64,000 nucleotides of DNA from a virus. Taxonomy: Duplodnaviria; Heunggongvirae; Uroviricota; Caudoviricetes. Numbering within the stretch: the first letter of the stretch is position 1; every line of letters starts with the position of its first letter. A program made the translations under genes and the position numbers. The stretch spans positions 164,007 to 228,006 of the IMG/VR virus record IMGVR_UViG_3300028832_000001, one strand, 5' to 3'. A model generated the notes under the pieces. That model was not told where the DNA came from, made no database searches, and worked only from the letters and a program-made list of their open reading frames with translations. Positions 8,789 through 18,566 of the stretch are shown piece by piece.

Positions 8789-9327
8789 GGTTCTGTCCCC
8801 ACTAGTTTATTATATTCGTCAATAATAGTTTTCTTGTATTTTTCTGGAGATTTCTTCCTATAACTGTTAAGCATATTACTAACAGATAGTTTATTATGGA
8901 ATGCTATAGCACATTCACACAAGAAAGCGAAGAATCTTGCAGAATTCGTAACAATAACTAATATAATTGCAATAGGTGCAAATAAAATACTTCCACCAAA
9001 CAAGATATTACAACCAAGATAGAAAATACTTTCAAAATATGATTTTTCATCGTGATTATAATAATAATCTCTATGTTTGTCTATTGCAAACATTAAACAG
9101 ATATCACCAACAATAAACAGAATAATAGGTAATACAATAGCCCACCAATGTTCATGCAAAAAATTGTGCATAACGATAGTGCTTTGCCATGCATTTCGTT
9201 GTAAATTACCAAAACCATTAACAAGGAGGTAAATTGCTGCAACGACTTGGAAAATTACTTCAATCGAAATAACTCCAACCCACCATTCTTGACCTTTAAA
9301 AAAGTAATCAGATAAAAACTTCTTCAT
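8782..9327 (-). CDS. multi-pass membrane protein
   Basis: 3-4 hydrophobic helices; C-terminal IIDEYNKLV. Confidence 0.7.
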   Translation of the reverse strand: MKKFLSDYFFKGQEWWVGVISIEVIFQVVAAIYLLVNGFGNLQRNAWQSTIVMHNFLHEHWWAIVLPIILFIVGDICLMFAIDKHRDYYYNHDEKSYFESIFYLGCNILFGGSILFAPIAIILVIVTNSARFFAFLCECAIAFHNKLSVSNMLNSYRKKSPEKYKKTIIDEYNKLVGTEPW

Positions 9328-9336
9328 ATATTCTCC

Positions 9337-9642
9337 TTATTTAAATACCATTGGAACGGCAGACATTGGAAGCGGTTTATTAGGAATTGCTTTACAACAT
9401 TGCTTTGATCGTGGCGTATATGATGAACGAGTGTTTTCTGCAGCTAAATGACCTTTGTATTCCAGAATACTTTGTTCATATAACTTAGCACGTTTTTCAA
9501 CCATGATATTATGATTTGCTTTATTAAATTTGACATCCATAGCAAAGTAAGTTATTAATAATGCAACGAAAAGAACTGCTCCGACAATCGATGTTACTGC
9601 ATAGCAATCATCATAATTTAATCTATGATTTTTTGTTCTCAT
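9337..9642 (-). CDS. single-pass membrane protein
   Basis: One hydrophobic segment. Confidence 0.6.
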   Translation of the reverse strand: MRTKNHRLNYDDCYAVTSIVGAVLFVALLITYFAMDVKFNKANHNIMVEKRAKLYEQSILEYKGHLAAENTRSSYTPRSKQCCKAIPNKPLPMSAVPMVFK

Positions 9643-9645
9643 GGT

Positions 9646-10158
9646 TTAGTTTCTCCTTAAATGGTCGTTAAGATTACTGATAACGTTAGGAAGTATTCTA
9701 CTAACTCTATCATTAATGTTAGTCATTGCTTCAATCTTTTTCTCTTTATGGTTTTTTGGGAACATGAAAATAAAAGTTAATGTATCTATTATCGGTAAAA
9801 TATAATACCAATAACTACTAGAATTTGACGATACAATAGCACTTATAATTCCGACCAAAAACAGATAAGCAGCAACGATTAAAAGTCTATTAATCCACTG
9901 TAAAATAGTTGGATTAGTATCTTGATATTCAATCATTTTTGGTGCATAGTATTTAGTATCAATCTGTTCAATATCATATGTACTCAAATGATATTTAGCA
10001 TTAAGATACTTGTGTGTTTCTGGAATTCCTCCACACCAACAATGTGTTTCTTTTACTGGTTCTTTTACTGTTTTTGTTATAGTTTGTGATGGTATTCCCA
10101 TGATTGCTAATACAATACAGAATACTATCACTAGTTCAGAGATGACTTTTATAAGCAT
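9646..10158 (-). CDS. membrane protein
   Basis: Three hydrophobic segments. Confidence 0.65.
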   Translation of the reverse strand: MLIKVISELVIVFCIVLAIMGIPSQTITKTVKEPVKETHCWCGGIPETHKYLNAKYHLSTYDIEQIDTKYYAPKMIEYQDTNPTILQWINRLLIVAAYLFLVGIISAIVSSNSSSYWYYILPIIDTLTFIFMFPKNHKEKKIEAMTNINDRVSRILPNVISNLNDHLRRN

Positions 10159-10175
10159 TGATATGCTCCTATGGT

Positions 10176-10697
10176 TTAGTTTTTAAGAAAGTTGTTATAA
10201 GTACTTATCATTTCTTTTTCTGTTTTTTCCCAAACAATCATTTTTTCTTTTGTTTTTCTTGGTGCGAATAACATAAAAAAATGTTCAAGACAGAAATTAA
10301 CTGCATAGAATAAATACCTAGTGAAATCATAAAGAAGAATAAACGGTGCTACCATAAGCAATGCACCACTGCAAGTAGCAAATACCCAAAAATATCCAGC
10401 AACTAAGAATCTTCGGTCGTCATTACTTGTATACTGTGAATCAGCAAATAATGTGAAAACGCCGAAAATAATAGAAATTATTACCATGATAAGTCCGATT
10501 AACCAAACTTTAGCACCTGGTGGAGCAACAAGTGAAAGATTACCCATTTCTTCTGGAGTTGTAGCAAAATAACCAACGCCAGTAATAACGCTAAAAATAA
10601 CAATACACAGGACAGATAAAACTGTTAAAGCATATGAAAATTCATTATAACTAGCGTCAATAATTGATTTACCAGTATCTTTGAGTAATTTAAACAT
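10176..10697 (-). CDS. multi-pass membrane protein
   Basis: Hydrophobic helices; C-terminal MISTYNNFL. Confidence 0.7.
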   Translation of the reverse strand: MFKLLKDTGKSIIDASYNEFSYALTVLSVLCIVIFSVITGVGYFATTPEEMGNLSLVAPPGAKVWLIGLIMVIISIIFGVFTLFADSQYTSNDDRRFLVAGYFWVFATCSGALLMVAPFILLYDFTRYLFYAVNFCLEHFFMLFAPRKTKEKMIVWEKTEKEMISTYNNFLKN

Positions 10698-10888
10698 TAT
10701 GGATTTTCTCCTTTGACAAATTTGTCAAGAAGTTCTAAGAATTTATCTTCTTCTAAAAAGAATGGATCTTGCCCATACCAACCGAAGAAATTGAACATAA
10801 ACTGTCCAAAACGCCAATCAGGGAAATGGGTTATATGGACAGTTTGAAGTTTTTGATAAAAATCGTAAAGACGATTTGGATCTCGCAT
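10697..10888 (-). CDS. conserved small phage protein (RDP.R...PDWRFGQ type)
   Basis: Start MRDPNR at 10888 by TAATG coupling; motif common in phage hypotheticals. Confidence 0.65.
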   Translation of the reverse strand: MRDPNRLYDFYQKLQTVHITHFPDWRFGQFMFNFFGWYGQDPFFLEEDKFLELLDKFVKGENP

Positions 10889-11517
10889 TAGTAACCTCTG
10901 CACTTTTCTTTCATGAGAGAAATGAATACTTCATTAATAGGATCATTTGTTTTTCTGATAGTATCAGTTCTTCTTGGAGTTAAACGATATCGAGAACCTG
11001 TTGGTCTTTGAGTAGCAGTAATAATAGGTTGCTGTGTCTGTCTAGCAATCTGACTAACAAGATCCATAGCTTCATGATAGCTTGTCAGAACATCTTTAGG
11101 ACCATTATCAGTAGCTACAGTTTTAACAACCTTTACCTTATCATAAGCAGGTCTGAAATCACTAAATAAATCCTGTTCATCGATATACTTATCATATTCT
11201 TTATCAAATGTAGAAGCATTATCAAGAATAGATGGCTTACCAGTTCCAAGGAACCGATTGAGCTTATACCATACTTCTGGCAATTTCTTGTTATACTTGT
11301 TTACAAATTCGTCTTCCCTTTTCTTTCTGGTAGACCATTTACAAATATAAGCAAAGATTGTATTGACAATTAAACCGACAAACATCAGCGGAGCGATAAG
11401 AACGCAGGCAACCTTAGGGTCATCCTTAACATCAATCATTTTCTGGCTTTTTAAGAACCGAATGAGTAAACGACAGCCGATGTATGAGGCAATGTAGATT
11501 AGAAGTAATTTGAGCAT
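10888..11517 (-). CDS. membrane protein
   Basis: Two N-terminal hydrophobic helices; FVNKYNKKL. Confidence 0.7.
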   Translation of the reverse strand: MLKLLLIYIASYIGCRLLIRFLKSQKMIDVKDDPKVACVLIAPLMFVGLIVNTIFAYICKWSTRKKREDEFVNKYNKKLPEVWYKLNRFLGTGKPSILDNASTFDKEYDKYIDEQDLFSDFRPAYDKVKVVKTVATDNGPKDVLTSYHEAMDLVSQIARQTQQPIITATQRPTGSRYRLTPRRTDTIRKTNDPINEVFISLMKEKCRGY

Positions 11518-11548
11518 TTTTTATCCTTTTTTATGTTTTACTGAATAT

Positions 11549-11577
11549 AATATAGAAAAAAGAACCACTTTTGTAAA
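11549..11577 (-). promoter_or_regulatory. sigma70-type promoter TTTACA-N17-TATATT inside terminator hairpin
   Basis: AAGAACCATT...AGTGGTTCTT-T run. Confidence 0.8.
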
Positions 11578-11617
11578 TGGTTCTTTTTAATTTTTATCTG
11601 ATGAATATTTTTGCAGA

Positions 11618-12901
11618 CTACGGTGTTTTAATCACGACCATTCCACCCTTCCACTGGTCAAGCGGAATATACTCAAATACGCTCTTAACGTATTCAACGT
11701 ATGCCGGAGATTCGCACATATTCTTTTCAGGGCAATCGCTAAGCTTAACGACATCTCTACCATTAACCTTAACAACCTTCATGACCATGGAAAGCGGCTT
11801 AATACCAGCAGTCTCAGTTACAAGATTTGCCATGAAATAAGTACCGATACCGAAGCTGATCTTGATACGACCATTGAAATGCTGTGCAATCTTGATAGCC
11901 TTATCAACATCGAGAGAGTCAGACCAGCAACCAGTCTTAGTAGTCGGGTCAATACCGAGTGCCTTATAATGGGCAATCAACATTTCACCCCAGACAATCG
12001 GGTCACCAGAGTCATGACGACATCCGTCGAACAACTTTGCATAGAACTTATCAAAGTCACGAAGGAACGGGATGAAACCAAAGTTATCAGACAATGCAAT
12101 ACCAAGATCGCCACGATATTCCTGGGTCCATGCATCAAATACAGCCTTCTGAGACTGACGAATAGGAACATCATCAAGACCCTGGAACAATGCATACATT
12201 TCATGTGCAAACGTTCCAATTGCCTTTACACCATATTTAATGGCGAAATAAAGGTTAGAAGTTCCGACAAAGCACTTACAGTTCTTAGCCATATAACCAA
12301 CTGCATAGTCCTGCCAAGCGAAAGAATGTCTACGGCGAGCACCAAAGTCAGCAAAACCGAACTTCAAGCCAGAATCGATTGCAGCATTAAACTTATCAAC
12401 TGCTTCCTTAAGATTTTGCTTTGCCTTTTCAAAATCAAATTCAAACTGACGGAGATAAAGTTCCTGGATGATTTCCATCACATAGATTTCAAACCAAGTA
12501 ACCTTGAGCTGAGGACCTTCTGCTTCAATTTCAAGATCGTCACCACGACGAGTAATCTTGATATACTTTCTCTTTAAACGGAAGTCTTCTAGCCAGTCAA
12601 CATAGTCAGGCTTAATGTAATAAATCTTGGACAATGCATCAAGTTCAAACGGTTGCCATCTAAGAGTACAAAGATGATCAACTTCACGGTTAACTGCATC
12701 AACCAAATAACCCAAATGAACATCCTTAGAGCGAAGCTTCCACTTCCACTTAGCCCATTCATTTGGACGCTTATGAAGTAAACATTGTGTCATACTGACC
12801 TTATAAATGTCAGTATCACTCAAATAATTGATGATATACTTTTCTTCATCAATCGGTTTATAATTCTTAATTTCGTCAATTTCTTTTTGAGAAAGTTCCA
12901 T
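11618..12901 (-). CDS. pncB: nicotinate phosphoribosyltransferase
   Basis: DTDIYKVSMTQ, FEI..ME, DFGARRRHS, GTSN, IGTFAHEM, FDGCRHDSGDP, FGIGT, KLSD.PEK. Confidence 0.92.
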   Translation of the reverse strand: MELSQKEIDEIKNYKPIDEEKYIINYLSDTDIYKVSMTQCLLHKRPNEWAKWKWKLRSKDVHLGYLVDAVNREVDHLCTLRWQPFELDALSKIYYIKPDYVDWLEDFRLKRKYIKITRRGDDLEIEAEGPQLKVTWFEIYVMEIIQELYLRQFEFDFEKAKQNLKEAVDKFNAAIDSGLKFGFADFGARRRHSFAWQDYAVGYMAKNCKCFVGTSNLYFAIKYGVKAIGTFAHEMYALFQGLDDVPIRQSQKAVFDAWTQEYRGDLGIALSDNFGFIPFLRDFDKFYAKLFDGCRHDSGDPIVWGEMLIAHYKALGIDPTTKTGCWSDSLDVDKAIKIAQHFNGRIKISFGIGTYFMANLVTETAGIKPLSMVMKVVKVNGRDVVKLSDCPEKNMCESPAYVEYVKSVFEYIPLDQWKGGMVVIKTP

Positions 12902-12929
12902 TTTAATATCCTTTTTTAAATTTGACTAA

Positions 12930-12958
12930 AATATAGCAAAATAAAATGTATTTGTAAA
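12930..12958 (-). promoter_or_regulatory. sigma70-type promoter TTTACA-N17-TATATT
   Basis: Drives pncB; back-to-back with a late promoter. Confidence 0.8.
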
Positions 12959-12967
12959 TGCTTTTAA

Positions 12968-12975
12968 TATAAATA
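12968..12975 (+). promoter_or_regulatory. T4-like late promoter TATAAATA(ATATAA)
   Basis: Exact motif upstream of leader-family gene. Confidence 0.75.
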
Positions 12976-13043
12976 ATATAAATTACGGTTTCTTAGAGTT
13001 CCGAGAAACCAAAGAAAATACAGAATTTAATAGAGGATTAGGT

Positions 13044-13595
13044 ATGAATCTTAATGAAGCAAAGCAATTTCTTAAAAGACATGGCTTTATCGTAGAAAGA
13101 AAGGGTGATTTCGTTGATCCGTCAACAAGACCTGAATTTTATGACCCGGATTACTATGCAGAAGATGGTTATGATGCTAGTAGTGAAGAAAGTGATTGTT
13201 CAAATTATGCTACCGAGGTTGAAAAATATTTAAAAACAAATTATCCTGATAAAAAGGTCGAAGTTAATTATGATATTTCTGACGATGGAGAATATATTAA
13301 ATATGAATGCGCTGTTGCTTTTATATTTGATCATCTTCCAACATTTGATGAAGTAACTGACTGTGAAGATATTTCTTATGACATTGCAAATGATGTAGAT
13401 GATTGTGGATGTCCATGGGATGATGGCGAAACTTTAATATATGCTGTTGTCAATGGAAAGAAACAAGATATATCTGATACTTATAATAAAAATCCAGAAG
13501 GCATAGAAAACGCTGAATATTTTGAAGTTGTTGAAATGTCTTATGGTACAAAACGAATTCCTGAACCAGAAGATCCTCGTGAACCTGAATGGTAA
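13044..13595 (+). CDS. acidic protein with shared N-terminal leader (putative capsid-internal protein)
   Basis: MNLNEAKQFLKRHGFIVE; late promoter, GAGG RBS, own terminator. Confidence 0.75.
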   Translation: MNLNEAKQFLKRHGFIVERKGDFVDPSTRPEFYDPDYYAEDGYDASSEESDCSNYATEVEKYLKTNYPDKKVEVNYDISDDGEYIKYECAVAFIFDHLPTFDEVTDCEDISYDIANDVDDCGCPWDDGETLIYAVVNGKKQDISDTYNKNPEGIENAEYFEVVEMSYGTKRIPEPEDPREPEW

Positions 13596-13612
13596 TTTAT
13601 TAACATGAAAAT

Positions 13613-13643
13613 AAAAAAGGATTGGATAAAACCAATCCTTTTT
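13613..13643. terminator. bidirectional intrinsic terminator
   Basis: A run-AAGGATTGG-loop-CCAATCCTT-T run between convergent genes. Confidence 0.8.
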
Positions 13644-13651
13644 AAATATTA

Positions 13652-13993
13652 TTAAAAACCATATTTAAGTTTTTGAACATAATAGTTCAGTGGTTTGTCA
13701 TCTTCATTTGCTGCATTAACACATTTGTTATAACGAGTTTGATTGAAGTATTTTGATCTTTCCTTGAAAATCATTTCGTGCATATCGTTCATCATTTTGT
13801 AACGGTGCATCATGAATTCATTAACAAGTTTTTCTGATGTAACAATATAATAATTAAGTGACTTTTTTAAATTATTTTGGTCTACTGCTTTAATATAAGT
13901 AATGCATTCATCATAACGGCCAGAAGCAAGAAACTTGCTAATATCTGCCATAACTTTTAAATCAGGTGGGAAAAGTTTTAGAAAGAATTTCAT
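13652..13993 (-). CDS. hypothetical protein
   Basis: Likely start MKFFLK with GGAG RBS. Confidence 0.65.
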   Translation of the reverse strand: MKFFLKLFPPDLKVMADISKFLASGRYDECITYIKAVDQNNLKKSLNYYIVTSEKLVNEFMMHRYKMMNDMHEMIFKERSKYFNQTRYNKCVNAANEDDKPLNYYVQKLKYGF

Positions 13994-14012
13994 TTTAATC
14001 TCCAAAAAATGG

Positions 14013-14231
14013 TTATTCCTTAATATTGATTTTGATTTGAGAACCTAATGTTCTGATCACAATATCTACGTTTTCTTTTGTAACAGGTTTATGTAATTTT
14101 CTCACTACATCTTCAGCCAGTGCATAAATCTGCTTTTCTGTCGCGCCATCGGCAACAGCAAGCAGATCTTGCCATACATCTGCAAGGTCATTAAGACCTT
14201 CTATATTATATCTGTCTGGAATATTAGGCAT
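14013..14231 (-). CDS. hypothetical protein
   Basis: 72-aa ORF overlapping pncA stop. Confidence 0.65.
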   Translation of the reverse strand: MPNIPDRYNIEGLNDLADVWQDLLAVADGATEKQIYALAEDVVRKLHKPVTKENVDIVIRTLGSQIKINIKE

Positions 14232-14811
14232 TGATTACATCAATCTGTTGACGCTGGAGACAGAGAATTGCAGCCTTCTGACCTTCTTCATCCAAATCAG
14301 CAATGCAGCTTGCATCGACCGTAATCTTCATATTCGGGAATGCAGCTCTGAGAATAACTGCGTTCGCAAGAACACAAATCGTGCTTACGAAACCCCAAAT
14401 TTCAATTTCGTCGAATTCAATACCGAGATTTCTGATATATTCAGGAAGATCGAGCTTACCGAATGTATACTTATCGACAGAATAGAAATTGTGCTTACCA
14501 TCTTGGTTCTTCTTCTGAAGTTCATCAAGAATAGTCTTTTCAATTTCCCAACCATCGGTCAGCTTAATGCAGTGCGGAACTGGAAGCTTCTGACCTTCCA
14601 ATGTTTCCTCATACGGCTTGCCTTCCATTGGAGGCCAACCAGTAGTAACCTGCATCTTGTTAAAGTGAGTATCATGTGTTGCAATGATAGCACCATCCCA
14701 GTGCTTAATCTTGTTAACAATATTAGGAACCTTCGCCTGTGCGAATGGGTTTGCGAGAGCACCAGTAATAAAGTCTACCTGTGCATCAACTAATAAGCCG
14801 AGTTTTGCCAT
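14224..14811 (-). CDS. pncA: nicotinamidase (isochorismatase/cysteine hydrolase family)
   Basis: LVDAQVDFITGAL, ATHDTH, PHC, K in VDKYTFG, GFVSTICV (D-K-C triad). Confidence 0.85.
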   Translation of the reverse strand: MAKLGLLVDAQVDFITGALANPFAQAKVPNIVNKIKHWDGAIIATHDTHFNKMQVTTGWPPMEGKPYEETLEGQKLPVPHCIKLTDGWEIEKTILDELQKKNQDGKHNFYSVDKYTFGKLDLPEYIRNLGIEFDEIEIWGFVSTICVLANAVILRAAFPNMKITVDASCIADLDEEGQKAAILCLQRQQIDVINA

Positions 14812-14871
14812 TGTTATATCCTCTCTTTTTATTTTTAAATTTAGTAAATTTTTTTGTGTTTGTAAATATGT

Positions 14872-15516
14872 TTATTTATTTTCAGCTTCCTTATAAAGCT
14901 TTAAAAATTCTCTTGAAATAAAATTCGTATGAATTCGTTTTTCTTCAAAAGGTTTGTCAGGTCCATGAACTGCGACATGCATGTTATATGCCAATCTTCG
15001 CATACATTGTAAACCTTCTTTGTCATGTTCGAGTTCTTCCGGGAAATCTCCATGCACTTCATTCCAATACTGACTTCCTACGACAGTCATGGAATGCATA
15101 AGAAAATAAGAATTAAGATGAGCAAATGCTAGTTCATTACCTGCACGTCTCGAAACTGTTATTCCTGCTGCATACTTATTACGCATAACATTTGCGGCAG
15201 AATAAAATACACGAGACATAAAATTGGCAAGTTGACCAGTAATTCCAGCATAATAAACTGGCGATGCAAAGATAAAACCATCGGCATTCTGTGCTTTTTC
15301 AATAAAGCGATTAACTAAATCGTTATCAAAAACGCAATGACCAAGCTTTTTATCTTTACAGACATTGCAACAAATGCAACCATTCATCTGTGGACCTAAC
15401 CACATATTATCGATTACATTATCGCCGAGAATTTTAAATTCTTCTTCGACTTCATGCAATGCCCTGGCAGTACAACCATCTCGGTGTGGACTACCATTTA
15501 CCATCAAAATATTCAT
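14872..15516 (-). CDS. iron-sulfur flavoprotein / NADPH-dependent FMN reductase (flavodoxin fold)
   Basis: NGSPHRDGCT, C-x2-C-x2-C-x7-C, FASPVYYAG. Confidence 0.85.
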   Translation of the reverse strand: MNILMVNGSPHRDGCTARALHEVEEEFKILGDNVIDNMWLGPQMNGCICCNVCKDKKLGHCVFDNDLVNRFIEKAQNADGFIFASPVYYAGITGQLANFMSRVFYSAANVMRNKYAAGITVSRRAGNELAFAHLNSYFLMHSMTVVGSQYWNEVHGDFPEELEHDKEGLQCMRRLAYNMHVAVHGPDKPFEEKRIHTNFISREFLKLYKEAENK

Positions 15517-16469
15517 TACTTTTCTGCCTCAAGTGCAATCAACGAGTTACCACAAGTAATACGGTCTGCGTCTTCTTCATGCGACGGAATGAAAACGATA
15601 ACCTGCCAACCTGCATCAACGAGCGGCTTTTCGAACTTTTCGTAAACGTCAAAATCAAATTCAGTAGTGAAGTTATTTACTGCTGCAGCTTCTGTTGCAT
15701 GGATAGGAGTAATCTTGACAATGAAACGATCCTTGTCGAAATACTTGTCCATGAGAGCAGGGTCAAGATTGCACTTGCCAGTTGCTGCAAAGTTCAGAGT
15801 ATACTTTCTACCAGCAGGAGGCGGAAGACGCTTTGCCAAATCCGAGATTTCCTGCAAGCTTAACGACTGGTTATTAAACATGTCGTTTCTATCAGCTTCA
15901 TCAAGGGTATTGATAGAGAACTGAAGACCAATACCACCATTCCACTTTGCATCGTAACCAAGAGCACACCAGTCTTGGAGGAATGCTTCAAGCTTCTTAT
16001 TGTTATTCGGAAGCATGGTAGAAACGACAGGATGATATTCCTTGAACCAGTTATTGGAAATATTACCAATATCACGAGCGACCTTAATTACGTTTGGATT
16101 CCAAGTAGGTTCGCCCATTCTTGCAAAGTGGACATTGAGTCTTTCACCTTGAGTGATCTTAGAGAATGCGATACCATTAACAATTTCGGACATCAATTCA
16201 AAGTAGGGGACATTTCCCTTGAAGCCGAACTTAGGACAGTCACAGAACTTACAGGATTCAAGACAACCCTTCTGGGTAGAAACCGTAACGACAAGCTTAT
16301 CCGCTACATCGACGGGTTTGTGAACGACCTTTTCGATTCTTTTGGTATAGCCTAAGAAATCTGCCTTAATGTTATTTTCTTTACCATAATCGCCTACGTA
16401 AAGATACTCCAAGTTGAGGTCTGTGTCCGAGACAATCATGCCAGTGTGTGTTTGAGTTATAGTTCTCAT
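15516..16469 (-). CDS. radical SAM enzyme, RlmN/Cfr-like
   Basis: VSTQKGCLESCKFC, RMGEP, LQFSIN, C-terminal ITCG. Confidence 0.75.
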   Translation of the reverse strand: MRTITQTHTGMIVSDTDLNLEYLYVGDYGKENNIKADFLGYTKRIEKVVHKPVDVADKLVVTVSTQKGCLESCKFCDCPKFGFKGNVPYFELMSEIVNGIAFSKITQGERLNVHFARMGEPTWNPNVIKVARDIGNISNNWFKEYHPVVSTMLPNNNKKLEAFLQDWCALGYDAKWNGGIGLQFSINTLDEADRNDMFNNQSLSLQEISDLAKRLPPPAGRKYTLNFAATGKCNLDPALMDKYFDKDRFIVKITPIHATEAAAVNNFTTEFDFDVYEKFEKPLVDAGWQVIVFIPSHEEDADRITCGNSLIALEAEK

Positions 16470-16570
16470 TTGTTATTCTCCATTAAAATACTAATGTTAA
16501 AAATTTAAAAATTTCTTCCCATGTGAGGGTTACTAATTCTTCGTCTGTAAACATGGTAAAATCTCCTTCA

Positions 16571-16599
16571 AATATAAAAAAACAGACCACTTTTGTAAG
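16571..16599 (-). promoter_or_regulatory. sigma70-type promoter CTTACA-N17-TATATT inside hairpin
   Basis: GGACCGC...GTGGTC stem followed by T run. Confidence 0.65.
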
Positions 16600-16757
16600 C
16601 GGTCCTTAATTGTTAAATGTGGTAAAAAATTATTTACAATATACTAACAACCACAAACCGCGGTGACGATTTGCTGTATGATGAATAGTTGTAAGTATTA
16701 TTAATAAACATTTGTTTCCTCTGTCTTATATATAATTTTTATTTTTACTTTTTCGTA

Positions 16758-16994
16758 TTAGATTTTCTTTTGCTTGACAGTTAATCCATCTGCTTTAATA
16801 TCTAAGAGTTTCCTGGAATCATAAAAATAGACTCTGACAAATTTCTTACCAGTAAAGTCGTGTTTATATTCCCATTTCTTTGCATCTGGAATTATTTGTT
16901 CATAACAAAAATTCGGATTACAAATTTCTAATACCAATGGTTTTGCAAAAGCAAAACTAACCAAAAATAACATAATAAAAATTAATTTACTCAT
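16758..16994 (-). CDS. small secreted protein
   Basis: Signal peptide MSKLIFIMLFLVSFAFA. Confidence 0.65.
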   Translation of the reverse strand: MSKLIFIMLFLVSFAFAKPLVLEICNPNFCYEQIIPDAKKWEYKHDFTGKKFVRVYFYDSRKLLDIKADGLTVKQKKI

Positions 16995-17001
16995 ATTATA
17001 T

Positions 17002-17481
17002 TTATGCCTTTAGTTTTTCTTCTAGTTTATGTAATACTTCCTTATATGTCGTGAAAAGGATAGCGTTACTCCCAGCCCCAACAAAATCAGCACAATTTTC
17101 TGGTTTGTCATCGATTAATAAACGATTTGGTTTCGCATGTTCAACCTTATTAAAAGACTTATCGCAAATAATAATATTTGCCTGATCTATTTCAGGACAG
17201 TTACATTCAAGCCAATATCGTTTTCCTCGTTTACCAGACTTAGAGAAAATAGCGGATAGAACACCAAGTTTAAAATTATACTTCTTCTGTAATTCAAGAA
17301 TGCCTAGATAAAGATCATGACCTTCAAGAAGCCAAGGCATATCAATCCAGAATTTAGCACCAATCTTACATACTTTATCCCAATTCGCTTTTCCCGTAGG
17401 TTTTCGAGCGTTGTAAAAATCAATCTGGTAATCCCAGTTGGTTAATACACCGTCCATATCTAAATATACTTCATCTATCAT
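17002..17481 (-). CDS. HAD-family 5'(3')-nucleotidase-like protein
   Basis: YLDMDGVL motif I, LLIDD motif IV. Confidence 0.7.
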   Translation of the reverse strand: MIDEVYLDMDGVLTNWDYQIDFYNARKPTGKANWDKVCKIGAKFWIDMPWLLEGHDLYLGILELQKKYNFKLGVLSAIFSKSGKRGKRYWLECNCPEIDQANIIICDKSFNKVEHAKPNRLLIDDKPENCADFVGAGSNAILFTTYKEVLHKLEEKLKA

Positions 17482-18473
17482 AGAGTAGAAATGTTTAAAA
17501 GTTCAGAAATTGTTTCGTGTCCAGTTATTTTATGGAAATTTTCTTTAGGCATATCGACCGAAATACTTACTTCCATATTAGGCATGTCTATATAAAGGTC
17601 AGGAACGATAATATTGCCTACTGTATCTCGTTTCTTAATTCCGTCAATATTATAAATTGAATCTGATGGAACATCAAACAAATGTAATACTCTTGCAGGA
17701 TTAATCTGTTTAAAACCAAGAATATCAAAGTTTATAATCTTGCACATGCTATGCAATGCCGGAATTTTCTTCTGTAACCAGGAAATATTCTTTTCGATTT
17801 CTTTCTTATACTTTTCAAAAAGAATCTTTCCTCGACCAGTATTCTTAAATCCTTGAATCAGAACCCTTCTTCCCTGTAAAGCAGGAAGATCATGCCTATT
17901 AAGAATACCAGCGATTACATGAATAACGACCCTATCACCAAGTTTGTCTATGAATTTAAAATCTTCCTTACAATGTGCGTCATGCAATGTAATTCCAAGG
18001 CCATAAATGAGTTCTTCATCGATTAATTTCTTAATAAGGTCTTTATTTTCTTTGATATGAATCTGATTAATATTAAGGTTAACGATGATTTGTCTTGCCT
18101 TGAGAATTCCCAGAATAGTTATAAGTTCTGGATGTGCCAAAGGATTTCCACCAGTAATATTAACTTCAAGTCCAGGATAGAAAGAATTAATCATAGGCAA
18201 CAGCTTTGACAAATCAGCATGCTTTGTTGCACTATTACTTCCTTCAGAACAGAACTGACAACCTGCATTACAAAAGTCTGTAATTTTTATAGTTATATTT
18301 TCTGGCGCTTCATAAATGAAATTTTCAGAATCTGTCTCAACCCAACGGTTGACACGAGTTCCTTTAGATCCTGGTTCGTTTACGTAGTAACCAGTCTCTT
18401 TGACCTTCGTACCGTCAGTATAAATAGTAGTACGATGATTGCCATTTATATAACTAGTTATAATATTACTCAT
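17478..18473 (-). CDS. radical SAM protein
   Basis: CNAGCQFC CxxxCxxC, ITGGNPL. Confidence 0.8.
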   Translation of the reverse strand: MSNIITSYINGNHRTTIYTDGTKVKETGYYVNEPGSKGTRVNRWVETDSENFIYEAPENITIKITDFCNAGCQFCSEGSNSATKHADLSKLLPMINSFYPGLEVNITGGNPLAHPELITILGILKARQIIVNLNINQIHIKENKDLIKKLIDEELIYGLGITLHDAHCKEDFKFIDKLGDRVVIHVIAGILNRHDLPALQGRRVLIQGFKNTGRGKILFEKYKKEIEKNISWLQKKIPALHSMCKIINFDILGFKQINPARVLHLFDVPSDSIYNIDGIKKRDTVGNIIVPDLYIDMPNMEVSISVDMPKENFHKITGHETISELLNISTL

Positions 18474-18498
18474 AAAAATACCTTATTTTTTCGATTTA

Positions 18499-18527
18499 AA
18501 TATAGCAAAAATAATTAGTTCTGTAAA
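18499..18527 (-). promoter_or_regulatory. sigma70-type promoter TTTACA-N17-TATATT
   Basis: 1 bp from a divergent late promoter. Confidence 0.8.
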
Positions 18528-18528
18528 C

Positions 18529-18536
18529 TATAAATA
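18529..18536 (+). promoter_or_regulatory. T4-like late promoter TATAAATA(ATATAA)
   Basis: Exact motif. Confidence 0.75.
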
Positions 18537-18566
18537 ATATAAAATGATAAAAAATTTGAGGATTTT

